Assembly (NCBI GenBank): GCA_037447605.1
Contig: CM074821.1
Coordinates: forward strand, 2,035,550 to 2,099,549
Length of the DNA: 64,000 nt
Reading direction: 5' to 3'
Origin: Zygnema circumcarinatum SAG 698-1b
Taxonomy: Eukaryota; Plantae; Zygnematophyceae
How positions within the stretch are numbered: the stretch's first letter is position 1; the number at the start of each line of letters is the position of its first letter. A program made the translations under genes and the position numbers. Positions 1-13,189 of this stretch are shown here, one piece after another. The notes beneath the pieces are model-generated. The model made no database searches and had not been told where the DNA came from. It worked only from the letters and a program-made list of their open reading frames with translations.

Positions 1-16
1 AGTGGCTGAAATCAAC

Positions 17-2449
17 CTCAATGGTGGCCACTCCCAAGCCAATCATAATGCCTCGAAACACCACCGCTCCCGCCAAGCCATATGTGAGTACTCTTCCCTG
101 AGGCCCCCCAAAAAGTCCAAAAAGCCCAGCATTGGCCTTGTCTTGTCTTGTGTTGTTTGTCTGGTCTTGTCTTGTTACGTGTTTGCACACAAAGCAGCTC
201 ACAAGTTCCCTCAGCCAAAAATAACATGGAAAGGTAATTTTCAAAAGCATAAAATATAACTCTGAACTATCCTGTCCTTGGAGGCAGCTGAGACTTTCAC
301 CTGTATCCCACCTGAAAGGCCAAAGGAACTTTGAAATAGTTGAAGATGAGGACGAACACAAGCAGGTTGTCCACAGAGAGACTTTGTTCCAGAAGATAAC
401 TGAACCAATGGAACAGGGGACAGTACAATACAAATTCAAGAGCTCACTCAGTGCTGCCAATTAGCCTTATCCTGGTAAAGCTCCCAACTTTCACACATCC
501 ATATTTAATTTTGATTCGTGAACCGTCCGTTCACTTCGAATTGATTTCAATAAAGGTCAAGGACTAAACATTGGACTCACCCTGCAAAAAATTCTGATGC
601 TTTTGAAGGACCCTCGGTATAGCCAATACCACATCCAAAAATTAAAGCTGAAGTCACCTGCCATCCAAGGCAAATGACGTCTTCTTTCAGTAACTCACAG
701 TTTGAAGCACAATAAAGACAGGCTCTTTTGCAGTAAAAACACTTTGACATGAAGTAAAAGAAAGAATTATTGACGAAGGACACGCATGTAATGGCTTAAA
801 CTAAGACAAGATTCCAGCACAGGAGCAGCAGACCCAGATTGCCACAGTTGTCAAAGCCTGTTGTCGATCCTCTGGCTGCAACTCCTGCTCCCTTGGAAGC
901 TCCCCTACGGAGGAGACAGTCTGGGCTGCAACTTCCACCCCCTTCTCCACTGCATCTACAACTATGGCTGCCTCTTCCACCACTGCCTCCTTCACTGCCT
1001 TTACACCGTCCTTCACGGTGCTCAATAGCTCTGGCTCACGCTCTGTATCAATGATAGGCAGTGTTGTGCGATTGGTGGTTGCAATATCTTCATCTTCTTC
1101 AGCCGCGGGATGAGGCTGGCTGGCTTTACTGTTGCCTGAAGATTGCTCCTCTATGGACACTGCGAAGAATCACATTTACACCTTGCGTGAGGAGAAAAAT
1201 GGAGGCGGGTTTTTGAGAAAATGAAGGTAGTAGAACTCTAGAGAATTCAAAAGGAAAACCTGCACGTACAGAAAGGAATGTGTACGTTGAGGTGTCAGCA
1301 GACACGCCAACAGAAGCAGCAAACAATAGCAATCACTGATAGGACGGAGGTGCGAGTAATGTAGGCAAACACAACCAAGTATACACCTGCAAAAAACATC
1401 ACATGGGATGAACGAACATTACAGACTTGCTCGACCGTTAATCACTCAGCTTCACATGTTGCTAACACGGAAGCCTTATCAACCAGCATAGATTGCTGTC
1501 TCTAAGAGTAAACAGATAAGACGGTTACATGCAACACCTCCACCCAAATCTGCATGCCGTACAAACCTGCAGTTTCGCCGTGCCGGTTGTGAGCCGCAAC
1601 GTGTTTGAGGGGCTGTGGAGAAGCGGCATACGCAACGGAAGGCCATGCTGCGCCCCGCACCTGCTGCGGATGCAGAGTGCAGATGAATCTCAAAATATGA
1701 CAGGAAGTGGAAAGAGAGGGACAAAAAAAAAGTCCATTTGAGCAGAAAGTTCCCCGTGAATTCCTTCCCGGCACGAAAGCGTCGGCTGATTTTGTAATCA
1801 TGAAAAAATCAGAATATGGTTGCACAGAAATAAGGCCCATTTTTTAACCTCTAATGAACATCTCTTCGTCGCAAACCTCTTCTGGTCTCACTGTGCCTTC
1901 CCTACACTCTGTCTCCTATTTTTTTATATTTCCTCTTTATCTAATTACCCTCGCTTCTGGCCTTCCCCGTTCAGTTCCAGCTATGGCTCTCAAGGTCTGA
2001 GCCAAAGTACCCATTCAAAAGGGACTTATAATTCAGGTTCGCTTCTTGTATTCATAGTACGGAACGAGGCCGAACATCACTGATTTTTTCACTATTTTCA
2101 AGAATGCATTAAAAATATTCATTTAACTGGTTTTACATTTTAATATGAGAGCGCAAACGTGCTTAATTTTCCAAAGACAGATGGCCAGCTCATCTCCATA
2201 TCTCTAAAGGCTCAGATTTCTCTATGAACACGGCAGTATGTGGGTGCCTGCACAGGAATGAGCACTCACAGCGCTTCCAAGATGGCGCGCGAGTCCGCGG
2301 TGGTCAACAGGAGCAGCCCCGATCCGCCACGAGGACGCCCCCTGCTGCGGGCGCGCGAGGCCCGTCCCGGCAGCGGACTGCGCGTCCAGGCGTCGCCCCC
2401 CTGCGGCGGAAGAGGCGGCGAGAGCAGCAGTGCCGGACGCGGCAGCCAT
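17..2449 (-). CDS. TERC: Thylakoid membrane TerC-family protein (TERC/PDE149-like); spliced, 3' part lies beyond the left window edge
   Basis: Hand-joined GT-AG exons with consistent phases: 2449-2270 (gccATGG start, Ala/Ser-rich transit-like), 1663-1567, 1159-834, 657-581, 399-312, 97-17. They give QALTTVAIW|VTSALIFGCGIGYTEGPSKASEFFAG|YLLEQSLSVDNLLVFVLIFNYFKVPLAFQ|GRVLTYGLAGAVVFRGIMIGLG, the TerC signature (KASEFFAGYxLEQSLSVDNL). The first two exons are less certain. Confidence 0.92.
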
Positions 2450-2673
2450 GGCTCCGCCCTCCTCCTGCTCCTGCTTCTCCTCCTGCTTCTCCTCCTCCTC
2501 CTGCTCCTACACGCACACCCCACAGGCAGCGGAGGACGCAGGTTCTGGCCCCCGCTTCGGGCTGTGCCGCCCGATACGGTACGGTATGATACGATACGCC
2601 TGCGATACGCGGTCCGAGCGAGTTGCCGTTGGGCGGGAGAGAGCGGAGTGGAGAGAGGGAGAGAGGGGAGGCT

Positions 2674-5600
2674 ATGGAGGTGATGCGCGAGCAGGTCGTG
2701 GCGCTGCTGGAGCAGGGCCTGCACGACTCCGCCGCCATTCTGGTGCGCGCAACCGCGCCATTCGCCGCCTTTGCTCGGGATGTTCTGTCAATCATTCGCT
2801 GGAAAGCATGCTACAGAATTAGAAAATTTGAAGCGCTGAGATTCCAATGTTCTTGACTATCGTGCTCAATCGGTACCCTTATTTTTTTAAACTTCTTTTG
2901 GACGCTGCCTCCTTAACCTGTACCCATGCATTTTCCTGTTTCGGCATTGAATTACACGCTACGCAGAAATTGAGGAGAGAATAGCAGAAGTATTCTCGTA
3001 ATCCTTTTTCTCCGAAGTCATTTCGCCGTTGTTTGCTTGTTTCAGGCAAGCTTCTTAGTGTCTGCAGCAAACGGCAGTTCCGACGTTTCTTCGGCAACTC
3101 GAGCAGAAGACTTGGTACTTGTTGATTTTAAATCCCTTTTTGCTGATTTTTTTGGAGGAGAGGAAGGACTTGTCGTGTTGTGAATGCGAGACTGGCCTCA
3201 CAAGGTCAGCGGTGAAACTGATTTACTTCCAAGAAATGTGGATTTATCTTACGCAGTCGTAAGGAATTCTGGCTGCAGGTGCTCTATGCAGATGCACTGT
3301 ATGGAAAACAGGAGTACAGACGGGCTTTGGTAGGTGGCTTTCTCGATTGACCTTGGCTTCATCATCTGGAATTTGTTTCAGCTCGCATTTCGAAGTGGTA
3401 ATGTGTTGCTATTGAATGATGCACTTTTGGTCTTATATGCAGAACTTCTATAAGCAAGCGCAGCAGTTGAGCAGAGTTAGTTCACCTGCTCGGCAAAGCC
3501 TAAGTTCTCGAGCGGGGCCTCTGCAAAGTAAGCAAGCTGGCGCTACTGTGCATGCAGGCCCTCTCAGTCCTGCTGGAACTCACGGGGCTTCGGTCGCAGT
3601 CACCAGCGATGCTGAGGTAAAACGGCATCACAATTTTTTGTGCACTGGTTTCCAGTTCCTTTCATTCCTAGAGCAGAATGAGCAAGATAAAGTTGGGGAA
3701 CTGATTCTTTGAATGCCTTATTATAGACACGGCCAAGGAGATGTTTTAATTTTTTTTTTTTTGTTAAAGTTAGCCTCGGTTAACACGGGAATTCTGTTAC
3801 CGCTAAATAATGTTTACAGGTGAAGCTTAAAGTGGCACAATGCTATGTAGCACTTAAGGAGACTCGAGCTGCTCTGACGGAGGTGAGCTGCCTTTGGTGT
3901 GTTCCTTTGCTACTTCTTTAGAATTTAATTGAATTCTTTAACTGTTTTCAGCCTGTTGTATACAGGGAATCAAAGAGTTTGCAACGCATATGCTCCTCAT
4001 TCGAGGTCTACGCCAGATTTAATTTAACTTTTTAGTGAGAGCATGGCGTCTGCCTGAGGATTGCAGTTGGAAAGCATTTCTCCACGGCTGAGAACTTTGC
4101 AGGCTACCTTAATTCTGGCTCGTTTATACCACAGTAGTGGCTACGACCGTGCTGCAGTTGCATCGTACAAAGAGTGCCTCAGGTAGGGAGTTTGAACACT
4201 CTCAGGTTATGCTTTTCGAAATGTGAGAATCGTAGATGAAGAATCTACATTGTTTCCTATCGTTCTGAACATGAGTAAAGGTGAATCTAGTTAAGATTAA
4301 GGAATGCGTCGTCCTTCCTTCTATTGAAGCACGTGCTTCATGACCTAGCCATTTTAAGTAAATTTGCCGATTAGCCCCCTCATCGTTGAGTGAGATGCAG
4401 ACAAAACCCATACTTAGTAGAAGCGGTGACAGCTTTGGCTATGTTGGGAGCGCCCGCCAAAGACATCCAAACGCAACTTCCTCAAGTAAGGGATTCATCT
4501 TCGCATTTTGACTCTCATTTCTGCTGGGTGTCCTTTCACATTGTGAGAATGTGCTATGGCAATGGTTTTGGGCGGATGAGTTCATGAACTCTACTGGTTG
4601 TTTTGAGTCAATGGTTGTTTTCTTACAAATTCAGTTTACCTTTCACCTTTCGAGAGCAGCCAGTTACCTGCGCATGTCCTCAAACTCATGGCAGAAAAAA
4701 TGTCATCGAATGAAGAAATGTGAAGCTAGAGTAATCTGTTAGCCAACTTCAATGGCACTTGACACTGAAAGCTGCAAGGGTAAGGAAAAAGTGAAGGCGT
4801 AAGGCTACTGAACCTGACACGTGTACGTGGACCAGTAATGACCATTTTTTCGCCTTTTGTTTTGTGTTTAATGTCAGCCAGCAGTGGCAAGCAAGACTCG
4901 GAATGGGATTGACGTATTGGATCCGGCACGTTGGCTTTCGGTCAGCTCTGCTGCAGTCCTTTCTGATGTTTTGCGCCTTTTTGTTTGTTTGTTTGGTTTT
5001 TTTTTGTTGTTTTTATCTGTAAATGATGAGGACATTCTGCAAATTTGGTGAATGGCCACGGGTGTCTGTGGTTCCTCTGGATGTTGGATTGTCCCAAGTT
5101 ACATCGTTGAGAGATCTATGGTGTTTGTGGTTCCTATAGTAGGTCACTAGCCTATGACTACGTAATGCAAAAGATGCAGGTGGGGGCCCATACAGTCAAT
5201 AGTTTGACGTTCACAGAGGATAGGATGGGCAGTCATATGTAGCCTGGGTTTTTCCAATGGTTCGATGATGTTGTGACTACTTTGTTGATGTTATGAGGTC
5301 TGTGTTGCATTGCAGAGATTGGTAGAGGCGCACTGCTCTGCTGCTTCACATGACTATAAGAGTATCTTTCGCACTCCCTGCTGCTCTGCATGAAGACATT
5401 TCAGCCTGACAACCACTGGGAAGCTGCATGCTATATCTGGCCCACTTCCAAGAGAATAAACAGATATATCGTGCGCAACAGGTGCTTTGAACACTTTTCG
5501 GACTCTTGGAAATCGATTTCCAGGCAATACCCATCTTCAAGTGGAAATCGCTAGGGTAAGCATTTCAGGCTACAGTTGGTCTCCGTACCTTCCTTCTGTT

Positions 5601-8600
5601 GGTTTAATATGCACGCCACGCATGTTTATTCAGCTGGGAGTGAACACTTATTGTTGAGATACTCGGTAGAAGTTAGCTGCTGAGTTGCTAGTCAACTGCT
5701 TTGGGGCAGTTATTGTAACAGACTATCTCTTACTATAGTAGTATTAACTTCATCTGAAGTAGTGTTGCTCTGCTAGTTTGTTATCCCTGACTTGGAGTAT
5801 GCATGCAGGCAGAGGCAGCCTTGGGACATTGCAAAGAGGCCATCCAATCTTTCCAGAATGTGAGGCAATCGACCTTTGTATAAACGAGCTTGTTTTTTAT
5901 ACTAACCCGAACATAACCTGACTGTTTAATGCTTTCAACATATTAAGTACATGCATTTGATACCGTGGGAGCTCATCAGCTACAGTCAGACTAATATAAA
6001 CGGTAGATATCATGGCCAAACTACAACTTCACTACCAACGCTACTAGTATCACAGTATTTTAAATCAAACCCAAGTTTTGATTCATCTCTGTACGTTCTG
6101 CAGGCAAGGGCATTGGATTCACATTTAGTGCAAGCCATGGACGAGTATGCTATTCTGCTGCAACCCCGAGGGCCAGAGAATTGGGAGCTCAACCGCCTTT
6201 TGAGTGAAGTTCTTAGTACAGACTCTTGTCGACCAGAGGCCTGGGTCACAGCTGCAATATTTTGGCAAGCCAGGGAAGACCCGGCGCAAGCCCTTGTCTA
6301 TGTGGAAAAGGTAGGCTTTCATTTTTCGTTGAAGACCCGTGTGTAAGACATCTGTAATTGGATTCACATGAAATGTGGTCAGGACACGGAGAGGGCTGAT
6401 GCAGGTGTTCACAGCACTATTGTAGATCAATTTATGATTCTATAGAATATTCTCTGCTAGCTGCAGCTGTACACATGCTGTGAACACTGGCGCAAATTCG
6501 AAAAGACTGTGAAGCGGTGTCCATATGGCATAAGGGTACAGATTTGGATGCATTCCGGGCTCATAGAGTGTTGAATCTGAGCCTGGCGAGTTTCAATACT
6601 TTGAAGGATTTTTTTGCGTATTGGTTGATCTGCAACAGGCGATTCGGGCAAACGACCGGCATGCTTTGGCTCATCTTGTGAAGGTGAACCTCTGCTAGAT
6701 CCTCTTGTAATGTGCTGTCGCCAGTGTGTACCGAAACAACAAGTAGGTGCTTGAGAGCTTCGGGAGTTAACAAAGTCAACCATCACATACCTTGACATGC
6801 AAAGAAAAGGCGAACAATAGATTACTCACAGCTATTGCGCTTGAGGTCTTTTTGGGTGCGTTTTTGGAGGCTCGACGTTATCTGAAAAGTGAATAGCAAT
6901 TGCTTCTGGGGCTTCATGATGGGCAGGGTAACGTCGCGTTGGAAGCACAGAGGATCGAAATCGCAGCTGCTTCTTTCAGAAGGGTTCAATCACTCCATTT
7001 TGACCTTCGCGCGTCTCAAGGTGTTCCGCGTTACCTTCTCCTTTTTTTGTCTGGGTCCGTTGTACGAGCTTCTTTATGAGCCGTATTCTCCTAGGACTAG
7101 GAGAGTCTTTGCCTCGCACTGCATGGTATAGTGTTCTACTCTGGAACGTCTAATATTCGTGAAATGTGAACGAAGGGCGTGTCTCGTTGTGCGATGTGTT
7201 GGAACAGGTCTAGTCAGTGTGTATCTTGCGCAAGAGAAGCATAAAGAGGCGCTATTGGCTGCAAGAGAGGCAATAAAGGCCATGCCACAATCAGCAGCTG
7301 CGCTCACTCTCGTTGGACATGTCTATGCAAGAAATCAGAATGATCATGACAAGGTAGCCCTTTTACCTTTACAGTTTGACTCTATCTTGACTGTTTGGCA
7401 AAGAGTTCTGGGCGTGCATCAACTAGAAGTACGTATATCGGTGCCTCCAGTTTTGCAAGCATGTTATTAGATGTGTAAGGTTGGTGATTGGAATTTCAAG
7501 GAGCAAGTCAAATGCAGTGTCCTCTTCCGCGTCATGTAGATTATATGAGTGCAAAAGAAACAGTCAGTAATAGTTCAAGACAGCTCCATACAACTCATGG
7601 TTGGGACTCAGTTGGAATGGTTTCACTTGCCATGGATGGGACTGTCTTGGTTTTGTGAACGTGGCTTTCACAGTTGGAAAGGCGTTGCCCTTCTTGAGGA
7701 TATACGCTGGCCTTTGGTGAATACATCTTCAAGGCTTTTCTCCATGAATAATGTACATCCTAGTCCAGAAGCTTTGTGTGAGTGAGCAAGTGGGCTTTCA
7801 AACGGGGCAGGCTCGCAAGTTTTATGAATCTGCAATTCGACATGATGACAACTGTCTGGAAGCCGTTCTGGCACTAGCAGATCTCCAATTGGCGGATGGA
7901 CGATACAATTTGGCATATGAATTGTGAGTAGGATTTTCTTCTTGCTACTTCTGTAATTTCAGCACACACCAGAGGTTGGTTCTCAGAGGTGCGTAAGGAA
8001 AAACCAGACGACGGTGTCTAGGTAACCTCTCTCTCTGTTAATCAAATGGAGAGACTATTGTGGCTTTAGGCACACCGACTGGTCGGCATTATAAGTTTTT
8101 AAGTGTTTTTAGTTTTCTTTGTTCCAAACAGAACTGATGTGTACAGGATGAACATTTAGCCGGTCTGGAGGTGCAGGCTGCAGCGTTACATTGCCAAGGC
8201 GGCCAATGATGAGCTTCATGTTAAGCTTGGACAAGTGTTGGCATCATGGAATCGCCCAGAAGAGGCACTTGAACAGTATGAAGCAGCTCTAAGGTGGCAA
8301 CCCGTCACCCTTATCATGCAATTAGCGTGTATTTGGAGTCACATCTTTGTTTCCCTTAAATTCAAGAAGGGTGCTTTTGCATTAATCAGACCCGAGAGCG
8401 ACTTTTTACTATGAAAACGAGAACCTTGATCGTGCTTTGCTTAGTTTGGCCTGGCAAGGTCTCGTGTTGATTAGCTGTGGTGGAACAATGCAGCATGAAT
8501 CCACGAAACAAGGATGCTCGACTTGGCCTTCATCGGGTTGAGAAGCTCCTTAAGGTGTGACTCGCATACCTTTCCTTTTTGGGAATATGAGGAGATGTGA

Positions 8601-9375
8601 ATAATTGAATCTACGGATGCTGGACCCTGCTTGCTAAGTGTTCATGTCCAGACCATTAAAGAAAACGTGGCTTGGATGGATTGACAAGTGCTGAATAGCA
8701 GGCTCTTGTAGAAAGGGTTCACTGACTTGCCGAATGCTTGTTCTAGTGGACTTGTGAATCCAATGGACTCCGCACTCATAATCACGTAAGAGCGTAGATC
8801 AGAAGTTGGACTTCACGAGCTGATGGAACTGATGAAGTTTTGGTGATTTTATTTCCAACCTCACAATTTTGTAGTCTCTGGATGAGAAGGACGGGTTTTG
8901 AGAAGAATGTGACTGTTGGACTTATGCGAGTCCCAAATGAAAGGGTCACGGTATATCTTCATGCTCAGCATGTGTAAGCCACCCGGATATGTGCGCAGTC
9001 CTAGGGACACAAGTCCATGTGCAATGGATGCCAAGTGATTTCCGTGTGATGTTGGCTGACCGGTCAATGTGGCGGGTCGAATGTAAAGCCCGACTGGGTG
9101 GCCATTGAATTGAGTGCTTGTCTTTGCACGTCCATGTTGCGTGGCGTGCAGCTTGAGTGAGCAGGCAGGCTGCCATGCCGTCTGCCTCCCCCCGTGTAGT
9201 CCTCAGTGTGGAGTGTGCCGGATGGCGGGTCCCTGGGCTGACCGCGGCGCTGGCCTGGAGAGGGGGGGCGGGCTGACAGGGGCAGGACCCGGACGCTGGC
9301 GAGGCGGAGGACGACCCCGACGCCGACGACGCGGACGCTGACGCCGACCAGCAGGACGCGGAGTTCTTCTCATGA
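2674..9375 (+). CDS. APC7: Anaphase-promoting complex subunit 7 (TPR protein), multi-exon
   Basis: Exon 1 (2674-2742) MEVMREQVVALLEQGLHDSAAIL. Later exons read VLYADALYGKQEYRRAL, ARALDSHLVQAMDEYAILLQ, KHKEALLAAREAIKAMPQSAAALTLVGHVYA and ANDELHVKLGQVLA. The last exon GQDPDAGEAEDDPDADDADADADQQDAEFFS ends at TGA 9373-9375. Order and content match plant APC7 as I recall it. Confidence 0.93.
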
Positions 9376-9842
9376 GAGGGAGGGCCGATCCAACCAGCGG
9401 CATTCGCATGATGCAGCAGCAGCAGATGATGCGGCCATTAGGTCTTTAGGATACGATGGGATGCTTTGGGAGAGAGGTCGAGGGTGGCCACTGTGCCCTT
9501 GTTGGAGTATGAATACAAGTTTGTCCACCATGTTGCCAACGCCTTCACGCCCTATGCAGTGTGTTCACAGAGTTTTCCAGCCCGGCAGGGCCACTCCGTG
9601 GCCGCGGACATGAAACCATTTACAGTATTCGGAAATGTGCCTCGCCGCTCTTCCTTCACTTATTTCACCCTCGTAAGAAGATCAGACTGGTCGGTCACTC
9701 CGAGCGTGGCCGTGGCCGTGGCCGTGGCCGTGGCCGTGGCCGAGCTCGTAGCGCCTCCCCGGCGCGGGCGAACGTCCTCGATATGCCGCACGATATGTAT
9801 CGAGCGCGCGCGGTGCGACGCGATACGATACGATACCAAGTG

Positions 9843-10050
9843 ATGCCATGCCATGCCATGGCCCATGTCATGCCATGCCGTGGCCCATGCCATGCCCCAT
9901 GCCATGCTATTCCATGTTATGCCATGCCATGCCATGCCGTGCCATGCCACATGCCATGCCGTGCCATGCTATGCCATGCCGTGCCATGCTATGCCATGCT
10001 ATGCCATGCTATGCCATGCTATGCCATGCCATGCCCCATGCCATGCCATG
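9843..10050. repeat. (GCCAT)n/(GCTAT)n pentamer microsatellite, preceded by (CCGTGG)n at ~9713-9740
   Basis: Tandem gccat/gctat units are directly visible. The overlapping MPCHA-type ORFs are by-products. Confidence 0.95.
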
Positions 10051-10733
10051 CGGTGGGTGCGATGCCATCCGCCCACAGCATGACGTGCGCGTGACACGCG
10101 TGACGGGGGCCGCGCGGCCCCTGCCCATTGGTCCGCCGCCGATCCGGGCCCGCGAGGAGTCAGAACTCCGACGCCGCCCGCCCGCGCGGGCAGGGCGGGT
10201 GGGTAGGAAGGCTCGGCGGAACCTCGGACGACTGCGGACGTCGGGGCGCGGCTGGGCGCAGGCTCGGAGCGGGCTCGGGCCCATTAGGGTTCCAGTCCGC
10301 TCCCTGGTGTGGCAGGCAGTCCAGCACCGGCGAGCTCGCGCTCGCTCACTGTATTCGGGACTGAACTGCCACTGTTGCTGTCTCTGTCTCTGCTGCTTCC
10401 TGGGCTGGGGAGGGGAGGAAAGGGGAGGGTGCTGCAACCGTGCGGCCGACAAGATCACTCGCTCCTCTCTTCGCCGGCTTGCTTTCATAGGACATCCATC
10501 AAGTTCTCTGTTGATCGTGTTCTGGCATGCAGCAAAGGATTTAGTGTGCTGGGAAGATTTTTCAGCAAAAGTGGAGCAGGAAGGCCTATTAGAAACCGTC
10601 AAAGGTAGAATTTGGACTTTTTGGAGCTCTGGACTCCCTCAGACGCCCGTATATTTGAACGCAATATTTTGTGTTACAAAGTTAAGTTTCTGTATCATCT
10701 GAAGGTTGGTTAGGTTGGGAAACTGCAGATAAG

Positions 10734-11658
10734 ATGACTTCGAATTCGTCTCCGAGGCCTGCTCCCTATGCCACAAGTGATGATGTCCCCAAAATTCACC
10801 GATCGAACAGCAGGACGCCTGCAACAGCGCCGTGGGAGAAGGATCAATCGCCAAAGATGCAGAGCAAGGGTGGAGATTCGAGGAAAGTTGATCCGAGCAC
10901 TAGACCTCGGATTTCAGAAGCGGCTCCGTTCGGCACTACGGATAATATAAGGCCGATGACTAATCGACCGACGCCAGAGAAGTCTGCAAGCGAGGCCGCG
11001 CCCTATGGCACCTCGGAGAACGTGCCTGTGCAACGCGCAAATTGGCATCCTGCGCCGAAGGCTGCTCCTTTTGGCACATCCGCTGATGTCAGAACCTTTG
11101 CCAAGGTACAATCTGCAAAGGTGCTGTCGTCGATCAACCTCATCCACGTCGTGCTCTTGCAGACCGGAAGTTCGTATATGTACTGGCCGTCCTTTGCATG
11201 CGCTGTGCAATCCCTTGGTCACTTTCACCTTCTGTAACAATAGTTTCCTCTTTCTTCAGAAAAGGTTCCCGTAGCTTGTTTATCGTGCCAGGTGTAAACT
11301 TTACCTTTGCATTTACGTGCTGCCTTTCAACAAATCATTCACCATTCGCGTACCAGTCTGAGCTTGAGCTCGTGTAAGCTGCGTCTGGCACTGTGATACC
11401 AAGCAGCCAGACTGAACTTCTGCCGTTCTGACTTACAGGCGCCAGCGCCGAAAAGTTCAGCACCATGGGAGCGAGACGAAAGCAGATACACTCATAAGGT
11501 ACTTGGTTGTTCTGCAGACCTGATTTTTTGCTAGCTATCAAGCAGGATATCTTCCTTTTTGGATATGCTGCTTACTTATTTTGCTTTTGCGTGTGATGCA
11601 GGGAAAGGGAGCAGTAAGCTTTAGTAATGATGCACCGTATGCAACCGAGGGCAAATAA
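10734..11658 (+). CDS. Unknown ~162-aa basic, Pro-rich protein with seven AP[FYW]-x-[TK/R] motifs
   Basis: In-phase exons 10734-11105, 11439-11498 and 11602-11658 (TAA), with canonical GT-AG sites. The same motif (APYAT, APWEK, APFGT, APYGT, APFGT, APWER, APYAT) recurs in all three exons, which supports the splicing. An upstream coding exon is not excluded (acceptor at ~10728). Confidence 0.7.
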
Positions 11659-13189
11659 TGTTTGTAGAATAGTGATGTAACGGGCAATATAATAGTCAGA
11701 CACGAAGACTGCCAGGTCTTCTCCGAGTAGTAACCACAGGGAACCTCCAGTTATGTCTGAGATAACTTTTGCAGATTCCCAAGATCCGAGTCTCATCATT
11801 TTATTGCTACCGCAGTTTCAAACCTACAGAAGTTGTTGGACCAGCTCCGCATTGACTTAGCTGTACATGTTTGGTACTAGTTATTTTTTGCTTCAAGCCT
11901 TTCGGAAGACCTGGGCAAAGGTTGAGGATTTTGACTTGTTTATGGAGTCCTTTGTGGCCTCCAAAGAGGGCTGTATTCATTTTCTGGATTACAGGCAGGG
12001 GTTATGGCAAAGAAATGTTCTGGTAGCAGAGGCATTGCTGCTACCACAGCGGCAAAGCTGTTCACTTACTTTGTTTCCGTAGAGTTGGCCGGGTGGAGAT
12101 GAAGGCGAAGGTCCATGTCAGGTGACTTCTATTCCTTCTTAATTTATGTGCCATAAATTCGGAAGGCCTCATCCAGATCACTACGAATGGCTCGAGTCGA
12201 ACTGGGAGAAGCCATGCAGGCCTCTCCCTGGTCATTGCCCGCATGTGAAGGTGCGTCATGATGCACAGGATCAATCGTTTGCATTATTTCCAATATTGTA
12301 TGTGCTTCAGATTTGCTCCTTTTGGCATATTTTTGTAGCGCAGTGAAAGGAGCAGGTGATATATCTTGCCTGCATGCTCACAGGTAGGTGTGCCCCGCTC
12401 AGCTTGGTTTCTTACCGTGTCCGGCTTACGCAAATGTGCATGTAATGTTGCACGGTGTGATGATTTCTTAAGCTGCTGTGTGTGTTGGGTTTGTCTGGGC
12501 CTGTCTGTCCAATCAAATTGGACGGGAGCAAATCCTTGCCCGCCTCTTTTGCCGTATGTTTTACACCTCAGCAGCACCTCCGTAGTCTTTCCGTACAAAG
12601 AGAGCGGTCCGCAAGCATCAGGGTGGACTTCGTCAGTTCGTTTGCCAGGGGATGCCAAGGGAATTAAGGGATTTGTACTTTTTTCTGTAATTTGTTTGTA
12701 CTTTTTATGTACAGTACTTTGTTTGTATTTTTTCGTACTGTTTTTGTACTTTTCTGTACTTTTACGAAGTTTTTGTCACATTGTAGCATTCGAACGTCAT
12801 CACTATTTCCATTAGTGGACATACCCACTAATCCTTTGCATCGTTTTTTTTCCCACTAATGTTTCTCGCCATAAAGAGTGGCTGCATAAACAATCCATGA
12901 ACTTCACCAATGCTTCAAGCATCAACTCGCCGGTCAACTAATTGGCAACGCCAACAAATGAAAGCTTGGCATGAGCCCTTCAACTGAGAAACGTACGCAA
13001 GGCCTGTTGTTGTTGAGTCCCAAGCAATGACCTTGAGATCAAACGTGTTTTCGTGTCCTTGTGGAACTTCACAACCATCTTGCTCTTTGTCATTGGCGGC
13101 ATTTTGGGCTTGAAAAAAAACAAGCCAAGAAAGAGGGAAGCAGGCGAACAGGCGGGCAGGCGGGCAGGCAGGCAGGCGGGCAGGCAGTA

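Noticed and set aside
11990-12360. Exon-like segments with GT/AG borders downstream of the repeat-motif gene
   Set aside because: Three pieces join in frame, but no start exon fits the phase and the peptide resembles nothing I know.
12811-12832. Perfect 8-bp hairpin ATTAGTGG-ACATAC-CCACTAAT as a Helitron 3' end
   Set aside because: There is no CTRR terminus at the expected distance on either strand, and no 5' TC end was identified.
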